A stretch of 64,000 nucleotides of DNA. It comes from a virus. Taxonomy: Duplodnaviria > Heunggongvirae > Uroviricota > Caudoviricetes. A program made the position numbers and the translations under genes. Position 1 is the stretch's first letter, and the number at the start of each line of letters is the position of its first letter. The notes beneath the pieces were generated by a model. It searched no databases. It worked only from the letters and a program-made list of their open reading frames with translations, and was not told the DNA's origin. The stretch is taken from positions 104,100 through 168,099 of IMG/VR virus record IMGVR_UViG_3300035212_002004. One strand, given 5' to 3'. This document shows positions 1-9,044 of this stretch, in pieces.

Positions 1-1346
1 TGTTTCCAAACAAAAGTTCTTAATTCATCTAATAACCTTTTAGATTGTATTGTAACTGATTTTTCTTGTATATATGAAACTAATTTTGAAATACATAGTG
101 GGCGTGTTTTTTGAGAAGTTGTAAAACCCGGTATCATACCTTGCCCATTTTCCATTCTAGCTAATTGATTTTCATTAGCACCCATTGTTGTATCAGCTTT
201 AGAAGAGTAGTATAAATTTCTATATCCTCTTTCTATTAAATGTTCTAGAACACTCCATCCTATATTAGCATTTTCTACTACTAATAAAGCATCATTATAC
301 TCTGTTGCTATAGCAAATAAAATATTAGCGTAATCTTTTGTTTGAACTTGTGCTTTATATTCGGCTACTTGTTTAGCGGCTTCAATATCAAATATATGAA
401 AAGCTGAATAATCACTTCCATCACCTCTAGCGACGTCAGCTACAACCATATAAGTTTTTGTATAATCAGGTATTTCCCATATCCATAAAGCCCCTTCTAT
501 TCCTCTTCTTTCTATGGGATCAGATGTGAAAGCAGATTCTAAGAAATTAAGCATATCAGGCTCAATTACAGTGTCTCCAGATGTACTAAAATCACAATCA
601 CACTCTTGTGCGGCGTGACGTAATCCTAAAATTTCATTTTGGTCATCTCTCCATTGTTGATTTCGTTCAGGATGAACAGTCCAAGGTAAAGATAAAGGAA
701 CAAATTTATTTTCTTTATTTTGTGCTTTAGTAAAGGATTTATGAAACCAATTACCTGTACCATAAGGTGTAGATAAAGCAAGACATTGTCCTCCAGTAGC
801 TAAAGTTTGTTGTGCAGAAGCAAAAATTTCATCAATACCTTCAATAAAAGCTGCCTCATCAATAATAAGAAAAGAAACGGCTTCTGATCTACCCGCATCC
901 GCTGTTGCGCCTACTGCTTTAATCTGTGAACCGTTATTTAACTTTAATGAAAGTTTATTATTCTCTGATGGTTTATCTCCAGATTTTAACCATTTAGGTA
1001 AACTATCATAAGCAAAACGTACTTTAGTAACCATATTCTTAGCAGTTTCCTGCTTAGTAGCTATACATAAAATATTTTTGTCTTTATTAAATAACATTAA
1101 CCATAAAGCATAAGCTGATGCTAATGTTGATATACCTAATTGGCGGGATTTATTTATAATTGTATACTCATTCTTTTGTATTTGATATAGTACTTTTTCT
1201 TGGAATGGATATAAATTAAATTGGATTCTACCTCTTTGTGGATGCTGAATCCAATAATATTTCTTCATGAAGTACACCGGATCTTGAGCACATCTTACCC
1301 ATTCTTGTTTTATAATCTCTTTTAAAGGGAGTTGTTGTTCACTCAT
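1..1346 (-). CDS. terminase large subunit (T4 gp17-like), N-terminal ~448 codons; 3' end lies beyond window start
   Basis: Minus-strand ATG at 1346..1344 (MSEQQLPLKEIIKQEW...). Open frame runs to position 1. Translation contains YPFQ...KSRQLGIST Walker-A-like terminase ATPase motifs and DCDF...VIEPD nuclease-domain start. Confidence 0.8.
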   Translation of the reverse strand, partial: MSEQQLPLKEIIKQEWVRCAQDPVYFMKKYYWIQHPQRGRIQFNLYPFQEKVLYQIQKNEYTIINKSRQLGISTLASAYALWLMLFNKDKNILCIATKQETAKNMVTKVRFAYDSLPKWLKSGDKPSENNKLSLKLNNGSQIKAVGATADAGRSEAVSFLIIDEAAFIEGIDEIFASAQQTLATGGQCLALSTPYGTGNWFHKSFTKAQNKENKFVPLSLPWTVHPERNQQWRDDQNEILGLRHAAQECDCDFSTSGDTVIEPDMLNFLESAFTSDPIERRGIEGALWIWEIPDYTKTYMVVADVARGDGSDYSAFHIFDIEAAKQVAEYKAQVQTKDYANILFAIATEYNDALLVVENANIGWSVLEHLIERGYRNLYYSSKADTTMGANENQLARMENGQGMIPGFTTSQKTRPLCISKLVSYIQEKSVTIQSKRLLDELRTFVWK

Positions 1347-1977
1347 TTATTATATATTTGAATATGTAACCATGTTTTGTTTTTTTATAGTTTCCCTTTA
1401 AAACTTGACTAATAGTACTTTTATTTATATCCATTTCTTTAGAACATTCTGTTATACTATTAAAAATTTTTCCTGTATTAATACAAATTATAGGTTTAAA
1501 ATTGTTTATTATAGATTTGCCTTTCTTTAATTGAGAAATTACATTTCCAAATCCTTCAGGTTTAGGTTTACCTTGATTAGCTAAACGTTTTTTTTGTTTT
1601 GTTTCTTCACTTTGTGATTGTCCTTTAGGCCAACCATTTTTACCCATTCTACCTTGAGAAATATTTTGTTTAGTTTGTTCAGATCTAGGCCCTACTCCCT
1701 TATCAAATAAATCACTAAATAAGGCTTTACTCCATCCATACTTATTAACAAATTGTGTTTTATAAAAATTCTCTCTCTCATTAAGCAATTCTAAAGAACA
1801 TTCTTCTAATATTTCAATTATATGGTTGTTAAATCCATGTTTATTTAATGAGTTAAAAATTTGCGGTTGCTGTTTACATTCTAATCTTTTATAAGATTGA
1901 AATCTATTATTTAAATTAATAGATTGCCCTATATAAACTTTATTTGTTGGTGATGTTATTTTATATATTCCTATCAT
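1339..1977 (-). CDS. GIY-YIG homing endonuclease (free-standing; NUMOD-like repeats in C-terminal half)
   Basis: MIGIYKITSPTNKVYIGQS = GIY-(x10)-YIG motif. Basic repeat-rich C-terminus. Stop TGA overlaps terminase ATG (ATGAGTGA). Confidence 0.85.
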   Translation of the reverse strand: MIGIYKITSPTNKVYIGQSINLNNRFQSYKRLECKQQPQIFNSLNKHGFNNHIIEILEECSLELLNERENFYKTQFVNKYGWSKALFSDLFDKGVGPRSEQTKQNISQGRMGKNGWPKGQSQSEETKQKKRLANQGKPKPEGFGNVISQLKKGKSIINNFKPIICINTGKIFNSITECSKEMDINKSTISQVLKGNYKKTKHGYIFKYIINE

Positions 1978-2023
1978 TAGCCGCCCCTGTCTATTTTATA
2001 ATAAATATATAAAGGAGATAAAA

Positions 2024-2042
2024 GCCTAACGAAAGGTTAGGC
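2024..2042 (-). terminator. stem-loop (GCCTAAC-gaaag-GTTAGGC) between duplicated terminase 5' fragment and HEG
   Basis: Perfect 7-bp inverted repeat followed on minus strand by a T-rich run. Confidence 0.5.
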
Positions 2043-2050
2043 ATTTTAAA

Positions 2051-2104
2051 CTATTCTTGTTTTATGATTTCCTTTAAGGGAAGTTGTTGTTGTATTTCAG
2101 ACAT
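2051..2104 (-). pseudogene. 17-codon ORF (MSEIQQQLPLKEIIKQE*) duplicating the N-terminus of the terminase large subunit
   Basis: Near-identical at nucleotide and protein level to terminase start at 1346. It flanks the inserted GIY-YIG gene. Confidence 0.6.
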
Positions 2105-2122
2105 AACTAATTTAGAAGTTTT

Positions 2123-2812
2123 TTATACTCCTAATCTTTTATTTAATTTATTAATTTGAGCAGTTAAGTCTTTTAGTTGAGGTAAAACTGAAGTATCTCC
2201 ACCTTTATAAACTTTAGCTATTTCCATTCTTTTAGCTTCAAGATCTTTTTTAGCATTAATCATTTCATCTTTACTTCTTGAATCTTTTTCAACTCCTTTA
2301 TCAATTGAAGTGTCATCAGTTGATGGTTCAGATTTAGCTGGTGTGATTTTAATTTTTTGTTCTCCTGGAGTTTTAGCAGCTTTAGGTGCTTTTGGTTCAG
2401 CAGCTGGTTTATTAGGATCTACTGGACGTCCTGTTCTTTGAGCTAATGGAGAAGATGAAGCTGCAATATATTGAGCTAAATCTTTTTCTAATACTTCTCT
2501 TGATTTTGGGTTATTCCAGGTAGCAATATCTTTGCCAGTTTCTTTAGCTAAAGCTTTATAATCAACTTCACCTGTTTTTTCTAAAGCATCTAATGTATTA
2601 TAGATAGCTGATCCTGGTCTGAATTTTTCTTTTTTAGCTGCAATTGCTGCTTTAGCTTCTGGGGAATCATCTGTTACTTTATAGAATGAAGCCATTTCAT
2701 CTAATACTTCGTTTTCTTCTAAATCATCTTCTTGTAAGTAAGAAGCGTCAAAATTTTCAGTTAAAAGAAAATTCTTTGCTTTCTTTAAATCAAAATCATT
2801 ATTAATGTTCAT
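2123..2812 (-). CDS. hypothetical Lys/Ala/Pro-rich protein; possible terminase small subunit by position only
   Basis: 229-aa ORF immediately upstream (in transcription order) of the terminase large subunit. Low-complexity KAPKAAK region. No recognisable motif. Confidence 0.4.
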   Translation of the reverse strand: MNINNDFDLKKAKNFLLTENFDASYLQEDDLEENEVLDEMASFYKVTDDSPEAKAAIAAKKEKFRPGSAIYNTLDALEKTGEVDYKALAKETGKDIATWNNPKSREVLEKDLAQYIAASSSPLAQRTGRPVDPNKPAAEPKAPKAAKTPGEQKIKITPAKSEPSTDDTSIDKGVEKDSRSKDEMINAKKDLEAKRMEIAKVYKGGDTSVLPQLKDLTAQINKLNKRLGV

Positions 2813-2850
2813 TTTTTTTTATTTTTTAAGTTATGGTTTTGATATAAATA

Positions 2851-3381
2851 TTATAAGGAAATGACTTCTAGTATTTGTTTGATTCGTTCATCTGTTGTAC
2901 CAGAAATTTGTTTATAATTTTTAATTTTACCCCCATAAATATGAATAAAACGTTTAATAGTAGAATCTATTAAGTCTCTATATTTAGCATCAATAGTACG
3001 AACACCATTATCTTCAATTTCTACTCCTTCAGGAGATATATAAAAAATATAATCATATTCTTCAATAAAATCAGCAGTATAATTTCTAAATTTATTTTTA
3101 TCTACATAATCAATAGACTCAGCATTTTGAGTAAAAGCCATTACATCAATGACTGTTCTATCTGTAATTAAATTATCATTCATTAATTCTGATAGCCTTT
3201 CAGATAAAAATACTGTTTGACCTTTCATTGTAGAATCAGTATTTAAAGGAATACCTAAATCTCTTAAATACTTACTACGTTCAGTAGCAAAAGTATAATC
3301 TTTAAATTGTGGTAATTCTTTTAAAGCATTAACTAATGTTGTTTTACCACATGACATGGTTCCTGTGAATCCTATTTTCAT
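2851..3381 (-). CDS. P-loop NTPase/kinase, AAA_28-like (NadR-type ribosylnicotinamide kinase-like)
   Basis: N-terminal Walker A IGFTGTMSCGKTTL at residues 3-16. Size and motif placement typical of the NadR RNK domain. Confidence 0.45.
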   Translation of the reverse strand: MKIGFTGTMSCGKTTLVNALKELPQFKDYTFATERSKYLRDLGIPLNTDSTMKGQTVFLSERLSELMNDNLITDRTVIDVMAFTQNAESIDYVDKNKFRNYTADFIEEYDYIFYISPEGVEIEDNGVRTIDAKYRDLIDSTIKRFIHIYGGKIKNYKQISGTTDERIKQILEVISL

Positions 3382-3382
3382 A

Positions 3383-3634
3383 TTAAAATCTTGATGTTAC
3401 TTGTGGATTTTTTTCTGGTGGTACTCCATGACGATCTCTTCTTGCTTCTAACCATTCGTCTTTAGTATATTGGAAACCATATAAGTAGTATTCATCTTTT
3501 TTCTTTAATTCTTTAGCATATCTAAGAGCAGGCTCATCCCATGAATGCAATTTTCCATCAAAGTATATAATGGTTCTACCGTCAGTTGAGGTAAGGGTTC
3601 TTGATTTATAATCAATATTCGTAACGTCTTCCAT
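3383..3634 (-). CDS. hypothetical protein
   Basis: 83-aa ORF, tight spacing in operon. Confidence 0.5.
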   Translation of the reverse strand: MEDVTNIDYKSRTLTSTDGRTIIYFDGKLHSWDEPALRYAKELKKKDEYYLYGFQYTKDEWLEARRDRHGVPPEKNPQVTSRF

Positions 3635-3642
3635 TGGAAATT

Positions 3643-3888
3643 TTATTTTGTTTGTTCTATAAAAGATATAAAATCTTTAATAATTTCTTGTTTAACCGGT
3701 GTTGCTTTCTTATAAGCTTCGCTTAATATAATATTGATATTTGTGGTATCCAAAGACTCTATAAGAAGTTGTTTAAGAGGAGTTAAAGCACTTTCAGCTA
3801 AAATATACTCTGTATCTTCTCCATAATCCTCAATATCATTTAGATACAACTCTATATACTCTTGTAATTTATTTTGAGAAGTATTCAT
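3643..3888 (-). CDS. hypothetical acidic protein
   Basis: 81-aa ORF. Confidence 0.5.
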   Translation of the reverse strand: MNTSQNKLQEYIELYLNDIEDYGEDTEYILAESALTPLKQLLIESLDTTNINIILSEAYKKATPVKQEIIKDFISFIEQTK

Positions 3889-4351
3889 ATATTATCTTTT
3901 TAACATGTTTAACAATTTCTTTAATATTTTTAATTTGGGAATTTAACCATTGCATACGTTCACCCATACGTTTTCCTGCCATAGGAGTTTCAATATTATT
4001 TTCTGGGATGTATTTAAGTAAAGGTTTCATATATTCCGCTCCTGTCAAGCATATAAAATGGTCTTTTTCAGGATTAATACCGTAGGATTTCATTTGTTTT
4101 GCTACTTCAGCACCCCAAGTTTCTTTTTCATCTTTAGGCATCTCTTTAAGAGTTTTATCATAAGGTTCTAAAACCTTAGTTAAAGGTACTAGATAATGCT
4201 TAGCAGATAAAATAAACATTTTATCAGGTTTAAGCGACTTACCGTACTCTAAAGTTTTTTTGAATGTAGGCGACGCAGAATATAAGTCTTGTGCTTGAGA
4301 CGGCTTATCTAATTTAGATTTGGTGCAACTTAATAGTACTATAGTAGACAT
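3869..4351 (-). CDS. hypothetical protein
   Basis: 160-aa ORF. Confidence 0.5.
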   Translation of the reverse strand: MSTIVLLSCTKSKLDKPSQAQDLYSASPTFKKTLEYGKSLKPDKMFILSAKHYLVPLTKVLEPYDKTLKEMPKDEKETWGAEVAKQMKSYGINPEKDHFICLTGAEYMKPLLKYIPENNIETPMAGKRMGERMQWLNSQIKNIKEIVKHVKKIIYEYFSK

Positions 4352-4383
4352 TTATAATGATTTTAATATAAATATGTAAAATA

Positions 4384-5070
4384 TTAAGAAAATTCATTAT
4401 ACCATGCATCATCAATCCATTGAGATTTAATCTTTTTAACAATAGTAAAATATTTTTTCCAATCTATAGCACCAATATCTTGAAAATGTTTGTACTGTTT
4501 ACCTACTCTATTATCATAAGCATATCTTGATTTATGACTTAAGGTAATTGATGGATGATTTACTTTAAGTTTTACTCCATTATAATCAACATGAACTATA
4601 TCTCTAGATTTGACATATTGACTATTAAAAAAATCTATTGTATATTCTATATGACCATTATCACCTGATGGTGTAACCCATTCTGTAGTATGTTTATACA
4701 ATTGAATTAATTCTTTTTGGGTAAAATGTTTATCGGTTTTATTTTCACCTTTCATTTTACCTCCACCTGGCATTTCTGTAGTCTCATAATCACCTCTACC
4801 TATTACATAATTTAAATTAAAGAAATCTTTAAAAACTAGTAATTCATCTTCAGTTAATGGTTCAGTTAGACTAAAATCTATATCAGGTTTACGATTTTTA
4901 AAATCATACTCTACAATACCCATTACATATAGACCTAAACTGCCACCTAAAATTAATTTATCACTTAAATTAGTTAATGGAAGAATAATATCATCATATT
5001 TTTGAGGTAAAATATTAACAGTGTTTGGTTTATAACCGTTATGTATTCTACTTAATAGATCTTTAAACAT
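4384..5070 (-). CDS. hypothetical protein; possible minimal nucleotidyltransferase fold (GS...DxD)
   Basis: ILGGSLGLYVMGIVEYDFKNRKPDIDF resembles the hG[GS]...DhD Pol-beta NTase signature. Weak. Confidence 0.3.
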   Translation of the reverse strand: MFKDLLSRIHNGYKPNTVNILPQKYDDIILPLTNLSDKLILGGSLGLYVMGIVEYDFKNRKPDIDFSLTEPLTEDELLVFKDFFNLNYVIGRGDYETTEMPGGGKMKGENKTDKHFTQKELIQLYKHTTEWVTPSGDNGHIEYTIDFFNSQYVKSRDIVHVDYNGVKLKVNHPSITLSHKSRYAYDNRVGKQYKHFQDIGAIDWKKYFTIVKKIKSQWIDDAWYNEFS

Positions 5071-5072
5071 AA

Positions 5073-6251
5073 TTAATTGATTTTAATTTTAGTACCAGGT
5101 AATTCGTTGTTTATTTTTGATTTTGAACTATGAACCCATAATATAGGTTTTAAAGGTTTAGTATCAGGTGAAGAACATTCTCCATCTGTTAAATAAATTA
5201 AATTATCAAATTCATTTCTATGTTCAACTAAATACTGCATTACAGGTTCAAAACTAGTACCACCTCTACCTTGAACTGATAAGTCTTCTAAATTACCTTT
5301 ATATTCATAAACTCTTTGAATATCAGCGTCACATTCTACTACTGTTACTTTAGTACCTGTTTTATAAATGTGGTATATTTCATTAAAAAATTCTGCTAAT
5401 TCACTATTAGAAACTGAACCTGAAGTGTCAATTGCAACTAATGTTGATTTTTTAAGTTTAATTTTTAGAGCAGGATTACCATAAAAACGTTTATTAGGTT
5501 TACGTCTTGTTTTCTTAGTAAATATCTTATTTGATGTATTACTAAATCTACGTAAATAAGCTTTCCAATCTAATACAGGTTCTTGTACTTCAAATAAAGA
5601 ACTAATATAATCCTTCATTTCTGATGGTATTAAGCCTCTATCTTTAGCACGTTTTTCTAATTGATTTGCTATTTCTTTTAATTGGTGATCAACTTGTTTA
5701 CCTATTAATTTACGTTCTGCCTCACTCATCCCTTCCATTGCTTCCCACAACTCATGAATATCAATTTCCATACCATTCATGAAATCAGCAAAGTCTCCGT
5801 CCGGATTATTATCTAACTCGTCTTGAAGTTTATCATAATAATATTTAGTACCTTGTTTAGGGAGTAAATTTAAAGGTTTATAAATACCTTCCTCAAATTC
5901 TAATCCATCCCATTTTTCACCTTTATATTCGGCTTGAATATATTGATTAATTTCTAAATCAGCAGCAACATTATATAATTTCTTATTAGGAAATCTATCA
6001 AAATGTTGTAAATGAAAAAATGCAATATGAAGTAATTCATGTTTTAGGACACCTAATTTAGTGTTCTCATCTAATGAACTCCAAAAATCAGGATTGATAC
6101 AAAGTTTAATGTTTATGTTATCTGGTGTAACACAAGCAGTAGGAATAGATGTAGTTAATTCCTTGTTGAGTGAAATTAAAAATAAACCATAAAATGGTTC
6201 TTTTAACATTAAACTTTTAGAAAATTTAGTAACTTCGTGATAGATAGACAT
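5073..6251 (-). CDS. putative metallopeptidase domain + von Willebrand A (VWA) domain protein (DUF2201-like)
   Basis: HELLH (HExxH) in N-terminal half. C-terminal VAIDTSGSVS MIDAS-type DxSGS motif. Confidence 0.65.
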   Translation of the reverse strand: MSIYHEVTKFSKSLMLKEPFYGLFLISLNKELTTSIPTACVTPDNINIKLCINPDFWSSLDENTKLGVLKHELLHIAFFHLQHFDRFPNKKLYNVAADLEINQYIQAEYKGEKWDGLEFEEGIYKPLNLLPKQGTKYYYDKLQDELDNNPDGDFADFMNGMEIDIHELWEAMEGMSEAERKLIGKQVDHQLKEIANQLEKRAKDRGLIPSEMKDYISSLFEVQEPVLDWKAYLRRFSNTSNKIFTKKTRRKPNKRFYGNPALKIKLKKSTLVAIDTSGSVSNSELAEFFNEIYHIYKTGTKVTVVECDADIQRVYEYKGNLEDLSVQGRGGTSFEPVMQYLVEHRNEFDNLIYLTDGECSSPDTKPLKPILWVHSSKSKINNELPGTKIKIN

Positions 6252-6290
6252 AACCTTTTTTTTTAATTAATAATATTTAAATATAAGTTT

Positions 6291-7394
6291 TTAAGATTTA
6301 AGAGCCAAACTAATTTCTGATAATATTAATGAATTAGGATCTATAGATAACATTATGTTGATTTTATCTTTAACATAATCCGTAATAATTTCTTTAGATT
6401 CTTCATTATTTTGATGAACTTTGTATAAACTTAAACTAAATTTTACCCAGTCTTCTTTAAAATTAATATTTTTAGTATTATAATATTTTATGATACTTTT
6501 AAAACTTCTATGGTTATTTATACTTTTACCACTACCCCAATTAAATTTATCTACATGTTTATTTAAAAGAAGTGCAATTTTAAGTGAATCTTTTTCAATG
6601 TTAACATTACTTAACATTTCTAATGCCATATTGATATTATCCTGATCTAAACTGTTAAACATGCTGTCTAATGTCTTTAGATAATCTTTATCTAATTCAA
6701 TTCCATCACTATTAAGTGTTTCTAGAATATCATCATCAAATGCTATTTTAACATTAGGATTTTTAAAAACATATTCTAATAAACTATAGGTATCAATTAA
6801 ACTTCCTCCCCAAGTTTCTTTACATTTGTAAAATTCTAATGAAGTTTGTTTAGATATAAATTCTTTAAGAGTAAAAGATATAGGATTATTTAAATAAAAA
6901 TCATTATGTATAAAAAGATGATCTTCATTTGTGAATTTCATACGATCTTTAGGGAGAAGACTATCCTTACGATTATTATAACCAGTTTTATCACTATCCG
7001 GAGTTATCTCTTTTAATAATTGATAATTTTCAGTAGTTTGATCAATTTTAAAATAACTTTCTAACGATAATTTTTTAATTTGTTTATATAATTCAGTTAT
7101 ATAACTTTTATTAACAATTATATTATCACATTGTTCAACTCTTGATGTTTTTTTACCATTAGTTGTTTCAAAATATTCTTTTAACTTATGTCTAGGGACA
7201 TTAGATAATTTTCCTGTATAAGTTTTTCCAGGTAAATTAACATTTTTAGGCTGATTAATTATATTGTCTAAGAAAGTTAAATAATTAGTTCTTTCTTGTT
7301 CTGTAAACATAATAATATCAGATGCCCCGTCCCAATAAGTGTAATGCAATTTATTATTTTGAGTTGTTAAAATAATAGAATTTGGATATAACAT
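6291..7394 (-). CDS. hypothetical Asn/Lys-rich protein embedded in MoxR/VWA module
   Basis: 367-aa ORF between VWA protein and AAA ATPase. Confidence 0.5.
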   Translation of the reverse strand: MLYPNSIILTTQNNKLHYTYWDGASDIIMFTEQERTNYLTFLDNIINQPKNVNLPGKTYTGKLSNVPRHKLKEYFETTNGKKTSRVEQCDNIIVNKSYITELYKQIKKLSLESYFKIDQTTENYQLLKEITPDSDKTGYNNRKDSLLPKDRMKFTNEDHLFIHNDFYLNNPISFTLKEFISKQTSLEFYKCKETWGGSLIDTYSLLEYVFKNPNVKIAFDDDILETLNSDGIELDKDYLKTLDSMFNSLDQDNINMALEMLSNVNIEKDSLKIALLLNKHVDKFNWGSGKSINNHRSFKSIIKYYNTKNINFKEDWVKFSLSLYKVHQNNEESKEIITDYVKDKINIMLSIDPNSLILSEISLALKS

Positions 7395-7465
7395 AACCTT
7401 TGTTTTTAATTAATAATACTTAAATATAAGAATAATAAAAGGGGAGGCCAAGCCTCCCCATATTT

Positions 7466-8641
7466 CTATTTCATTATAAACTCAACTAACGATTTGTCCA
7501 TCATCATAACTTTAAATTTAGATGGATTATTATTATAAACTGACTTTACCATGTTGTAACAAATGTCAGTTGTAAATACTTTTTCATTAACAATTTTAGA
7601 TAACCTTTCAGTTACTGTTTTTTCTATTGGATTTTCTTTAGAAAATAAATCTAAGAAATTGATTATTCTAGTTGATAAAGTTGATGCAATATCTGCTCTA
7701 TATTTATCTTCTTTACCTGTTAATGATTTTAAAGTATTTAATACATACTGTTCATCCTGACTCATTATATTTTCAGGCGAAATCATTTTATCTAATTTAT
7801 TATTAATAAACATAGTAAATAAACTACTAAATTCTGGTCCTACTGAACCTTCACCTACCATTTGTATAAGTGGTAATGAATCATTAAAATTAGAAATAGA
7901 AGATATTGAGTTAAAAAACATAGATATACTTCTACTGTTTATATCTTGTGTAACTAATTCTGGGTGCATTAATAAGAAGTTAATACATCTACCATCAATT
8001 TTATTTTCTTCAGCCCATTTAGCCCAACAATCAATATCAAATTTTAATTGTACTGAAATAAAACGTGTTTTTTGTGCGTTATCTATACTATTAACTAAAT
8101 AATCTCCGTTATCCGGGTTAGCAGTTAATATAATATGCCAATCTTTTGGTAAAGACCAACTAATATATTGTTGTCTATCAATAAGTTCCATCACGGCTTG
8201 TATAAACCTAATATCAGCTCTATTCCAGTCATCTAATAATAGAATCCCACCATTTGTTTTGTTAGCTATCCATTCAGGTGGACAATAACTCATTCTATTT
8301 TGACCAGTCGAACTATAACCTAGTTTAAGATACTCATCAAATGCATGTTCATCTACCCAAACTGTTTCTTTATCATCTTTTACTTCAAACTGACGAATTG
8401 GAAAACCTACTAAATCACCAATTTCTTCAATTTGAGCTAAATTTAACTTAACAAAATTTAAGTTTTGTTCTTTAGCTAATTGAATAATAGCAGATGTTTT
8501 ACCAATACCTGATTCACCTATTACTTCAGTTGATACAGGTGTTTTACCTTGACTTTGTAAAAATCGATTGTTCTCAATAATGTGAGATAAGAAAGTTTTT
8601 AATTCGGTTACATTAACCGATACTAGATTTTGTTTTGACAT
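7466..8641 (-). CDS. MoxR-like AAA+ ATPase (AAA_5)
   Basis: Walker A GESGIGKTS. Walker B LLLDDWNRAD. Size and arrangement typical of MoxR partners of VWA proteins. Confidence 0.75.
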   Translation of the reverse strand: MSKQNLVSVNVTELKTFLSHIIENNRFLQSQGKTPVSTEVIGESGIGKTSAIIQLAKEQNLNFVKLNLAQIEEIGDLVGFPIRQFEVKDDKETVWVDEHAFDEYLKLGYSSTGQNRMSYCPPEWIANKTNGGILLLDDWNRADIRFIQAVMELIDRQQYISWSLPKDWHIILTANPDNGDYLVNSIDNAQKTRFISVQLKFDIDCWAKWAEENKIDGRCINFLLMHPELVTQDINSRSISMFFNSISSISNFNDSLPLIQMVGEGSVGPEFSSLFTMFINNKLDKMISPENIMSQDEQYVLNTLKSLTGKEDKYRADIASTLSTRIINFLDLFSKENPIEKTVTERLSKIVNEKVFTTDICYNMVKSVYNNNPSKFKVMMMDKSLVEFIMK

Positions 8642-8676
8642 AACTTTTATTTATAAATTAATAATACTTAAATATA

Positions 8677-8988
8677 CTAAGGATAAGAGAAGAGGCCAAA
8701 CAAATCGTCTTGAAAGGCTAAATAAGCTTCTTGAACTTTTTTCCAAGCAGGCTGTTGTTTTAAATTAATATAAAAACTGCTTATATCTTTATGACTTTGA
8801 GTTGCTTTATTATTTATTATTAAAGTTAAAGACAATTCTTCTATATAATGACAAGTATATAAATCATCAGTATCTGAGTTTAATATAATTTCACAAGCTA
8901 AGCCTATATCATTTCCTTCTGTTGAATGTACCATATCAAGTAATTGTTGATACATTTCTTCATCTATTTTGTGAATTTTAGAATACAT
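8677..8988 (-). CDS. hypothetical protein
   Basis: 103-aa ORF. GGGAGGCcaaGCCTCCC hairpin downstream of previous gene. Confidence 0.5.
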   Translation of the reverse strand: MYSKIHKIDEEMYQQLLDMVHSTEGNDIGLACEIILNSDTDDLYTCHYIEELSLTLIINNKATQSHKDISSFYINLKQQPAWKKVQEAYLAFQDDLFGLFSYP

Positions 8989-9044
8989 AACCTTTTTGTT
9001 TAAAAATATAAAATAAAAAATGGGAGGCCAAGCCTCCCTTTTAT

